Part shown: one piece after another, positions 62,436 to 64,000 of the stretch
How the letters are laid out: each line of letters begins with the position of its first letter
Numbering within the stretch: the first letter of the stretch is position 1
NCBI GenBank assembly: GCA_937625935.1
Contig: OW569360.1
Coordinates: 62,001-126,000 of the forward strand
Direction: 5' to 3'
Origin: Tetramitus jugosus
Lineage: Eukaryota; Protista; Heterolobosea
DNA length: 64,000 bases
Program-made: the position numbers and the translations under genes
The notes under the pieces: model-generated
What the model was told of the DNA's origin: nothing
The model's database searches: none
What the model saw: only the letters and a program-made list of their open reading frames with translations

Positions 62436-64000
62436 TTAGAGCCTCGATGTGGACATGGATTGGATTCTGCCTCTGGGTGTTGTGGTGGTAGTAGTAGTAG
62501 TAGCAGTAGTTGGTGTGACTACGGCTGTGGAAGTCGGAGGTCGTGCAGCAGCTTTATTGCTGCCCCGATTATTGCTCTTCTGCTGCTTCTTGTCCTTATT
62601 TACTTGGTTGGTGGTTGCAGTTTGTCGGATTGGTAGAGTGGTTGTTGTCTTTTTGGTGGGTTGTGTGCGCTCTTCTGGCGACGTGGTTTGTTTAAGCGTG
62701 TCGTTATCATTCTTCTCAGTTTGAACGGATTCGTTTAGTTGTGCATCATCGGTGTTGTCTGAAGTTGGCTTTAGTTGGGCATTGGAGTCGTGATGTTGAC
62801 TATCCTTTGGATACCACCGATCATCGAACACTGAAACTTCTTTCCAATACTCAATAAATTCTGCAACCATGGTTTTCAATCCCAAAATCCCACGTAATTC
62901 TTCAACAGCCTTCTTATAACCCTTTTTCGCACCGTGAATACGCTCAAGTAAACTATGAGGCACATATTGAACGAGCACTTGTTCTGGAATATTCAGCTTT
63001 TGCGCCAGCTCATAAGAATATACATGGACACCGAACTCTAACTCATGAGAAACAGATTTCAGAGGAATCAATTCTAAATTCTTTGTTGAATTGAATTCGG
63101 CACTAAAGAATTGACTATTGTCATCCTGGGTTGTAAATAGTTGAATAATCTTTTCGTCATCTAAACCAATTTCACGTCCCTTTTTCACAATATTGTCAAA
63201 TTGTGACAAATATTCAGATCGGATATAATATCTCAACCGCTCCATGTTATCCAATTGTTTCCATTTCTGCGTAATATCTTCATTAAAGAGCTCTACTTCT
63301 TTCCGTGCGTGAACTAAATCCTCTCGCAGTTTTCTCATCTTGGGAGATTCCTCCTCGGCTCTGTTAAAATCTTGATACTTCTCATCACTATAAAAATAAC
63401 TGTACAACAAGCACTCATCCAGTGGATAATAGATACCATCTGTGATTTTGGGTGACCAATCATTGATAAGTACCGCAGCGTGACTAATCCAATCAAAGAG
63501 CAATGCCTTGTCTTCGACTGACATCTCAGTCGTATCAAGGTCTGACACACTACTGTGATCACTCGCCAACTTGGCTACCCTGGTGACCAATGGGCAATTC
63601 TTTCTCATAAACTGAATGCCTTTCTGTTTGTTTAACTCGTCGATATTCTTGTATTTAACATGGTGCAACAATCGCTTTACACTCACAAAACTAGCATACT
63701 TTCCCACTTTACTCTTCTCAATATCATCTAACCAAATGGCATGAAAATTTCGCTGAATAATACTGGTACGTATCTCCTCCAATCTTTTCATTCTTAGCTC
63801 GTGTTCTCTCTTGGCAGCAATCTCAATGGCTTGCACAGTGTAGTGAGCATTTCTATGATCTGACACATCTGTGAACGCAGATTGAGCATACACTGAAGAA
63901 GGAGGTACATTTTCGTAAGCAGTTGTTTTTTGTGCCGCATTCATCGTCGGTTCTGTTGCGGTGCGATCCACTGTATCAACCAATCGACGGTTTCCACTTT
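62436..64000 (-). CDS. Uncharacterised protein, possibly 5'-truncated by the window edge
   Basis: The frame stays open to the window end. Helical charged body with a T-rich low-complexity tail; no family recognised. Confidence 0.6.
   Translation of the reverse strand, partial: SGNRRLVDTVDRTATEPTMNAAQKTTAYENVPPSSVYAQSAFTDVSDHRNAHYTVQAIEIAAKREHELRMKRLEEIRTSIIQRNFHAIWLDDIEKSKVGKYASFVSVKRLLHHVKYKNIDELNKQKGIQFMRKNCPLVTRVAKLASDHSSVSDLDTTEMSVEDKALLFDWISHAAVLINDWSPKITDGIYYPLDECLLYSYFYSDEKYQDFNRAEEESPKMRKLREDLVHARKEVELFNEDITQKWKQLDNMERLRYYIRSEYLSQFDNIVKKGREIGLDDEKIIQLFTTQDDNSQFFSAEFNSTKNLELIPLKSVSHELEFGVHVYSYELAQKLNIPEQVLVQYVPHSLLERIHGAKKGYKKAVEELRGILGLKTMVAEFIEYWKEVSVFDDRWYPKDSQHHDSNAQLKPTSDNTDDAQLNESVQTEKNDNDTLKQTTSPEERTQPTKKTTTTLPIRQTATTNQVNKDKKQQKSNNRGSNKAAARPPTSTAVVTPTTATTTTTTTTPRGRIQSMSTSRL

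Noticed and set aside
610-63562. Numerous 60-220 aa antisense or alternate-frame ORFs in the track (e.g. 8747..9403, 24198..24623, 33761..34372)
   Set aside because: They are shadows of real genes or of microsatellites and have no independent protein signal.
1-64000. Bacterial origin, operons, CRISPR arrays or prophage
   Set aside because: Twelve frame-restoring GT-AG introns and core eukaryotic genes (VPS16, UTP11, coilin, RSP3) are present. No repeat-spacer array or phage gene cluster was seen.

Overview
Gene-dense nuclear DNA from a eukaryotic microbe using the standard genetic code. It has 12 short GT-AG introns (53-152 nt, mostly GTA(T/A)GT-like donors), intergenic gaps that are often under 200 bp, and CAA/AAT/GAT microsatellites that encode poly-N/Q/T/D tracts. 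RSP3, a DLEC1/CFAP81-like gene and a PLK4-like kinase indicate a flagellated stage. The style suggests a free-living protist, possibly heterolobosean-like, but this is inference only. About 32 protein genes and one tRNA-Ile(AAT) were resolved, several by hand-splicing split ORFs: two histidine kinases, PanK, LETM1-like, RSP3, VPS16, DLEC1-like, PLK4 and a small APC16-like gene. The most notable observations are: (i) an intronless 2425-aa membrane-anchored adhesin built like a bacterial giant adhesin (about 20 Ig/cadherin-like repeats plus a distal vWA domain), next to a fucosyltransferase; (ii) a 1.8-kb insertion between coilin and VPS16, bracketed by an exact 166-bp duplication of their shared 3' junction and carrying a degenerate CYTH gene; (iii) several apparent pseudoenzymes, namely an STYK-AAA-GAF-HK with His->Glu in the H-box, a receptor pseudokinase and a dead GIY-YIG protein; (iv) a cryptic-polo-box PLK4 and an APC16-like gene; (v) a phage-tail-like carbohydrate-binding protein. 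All family calls come from motif recognition by eye, with no database searches.
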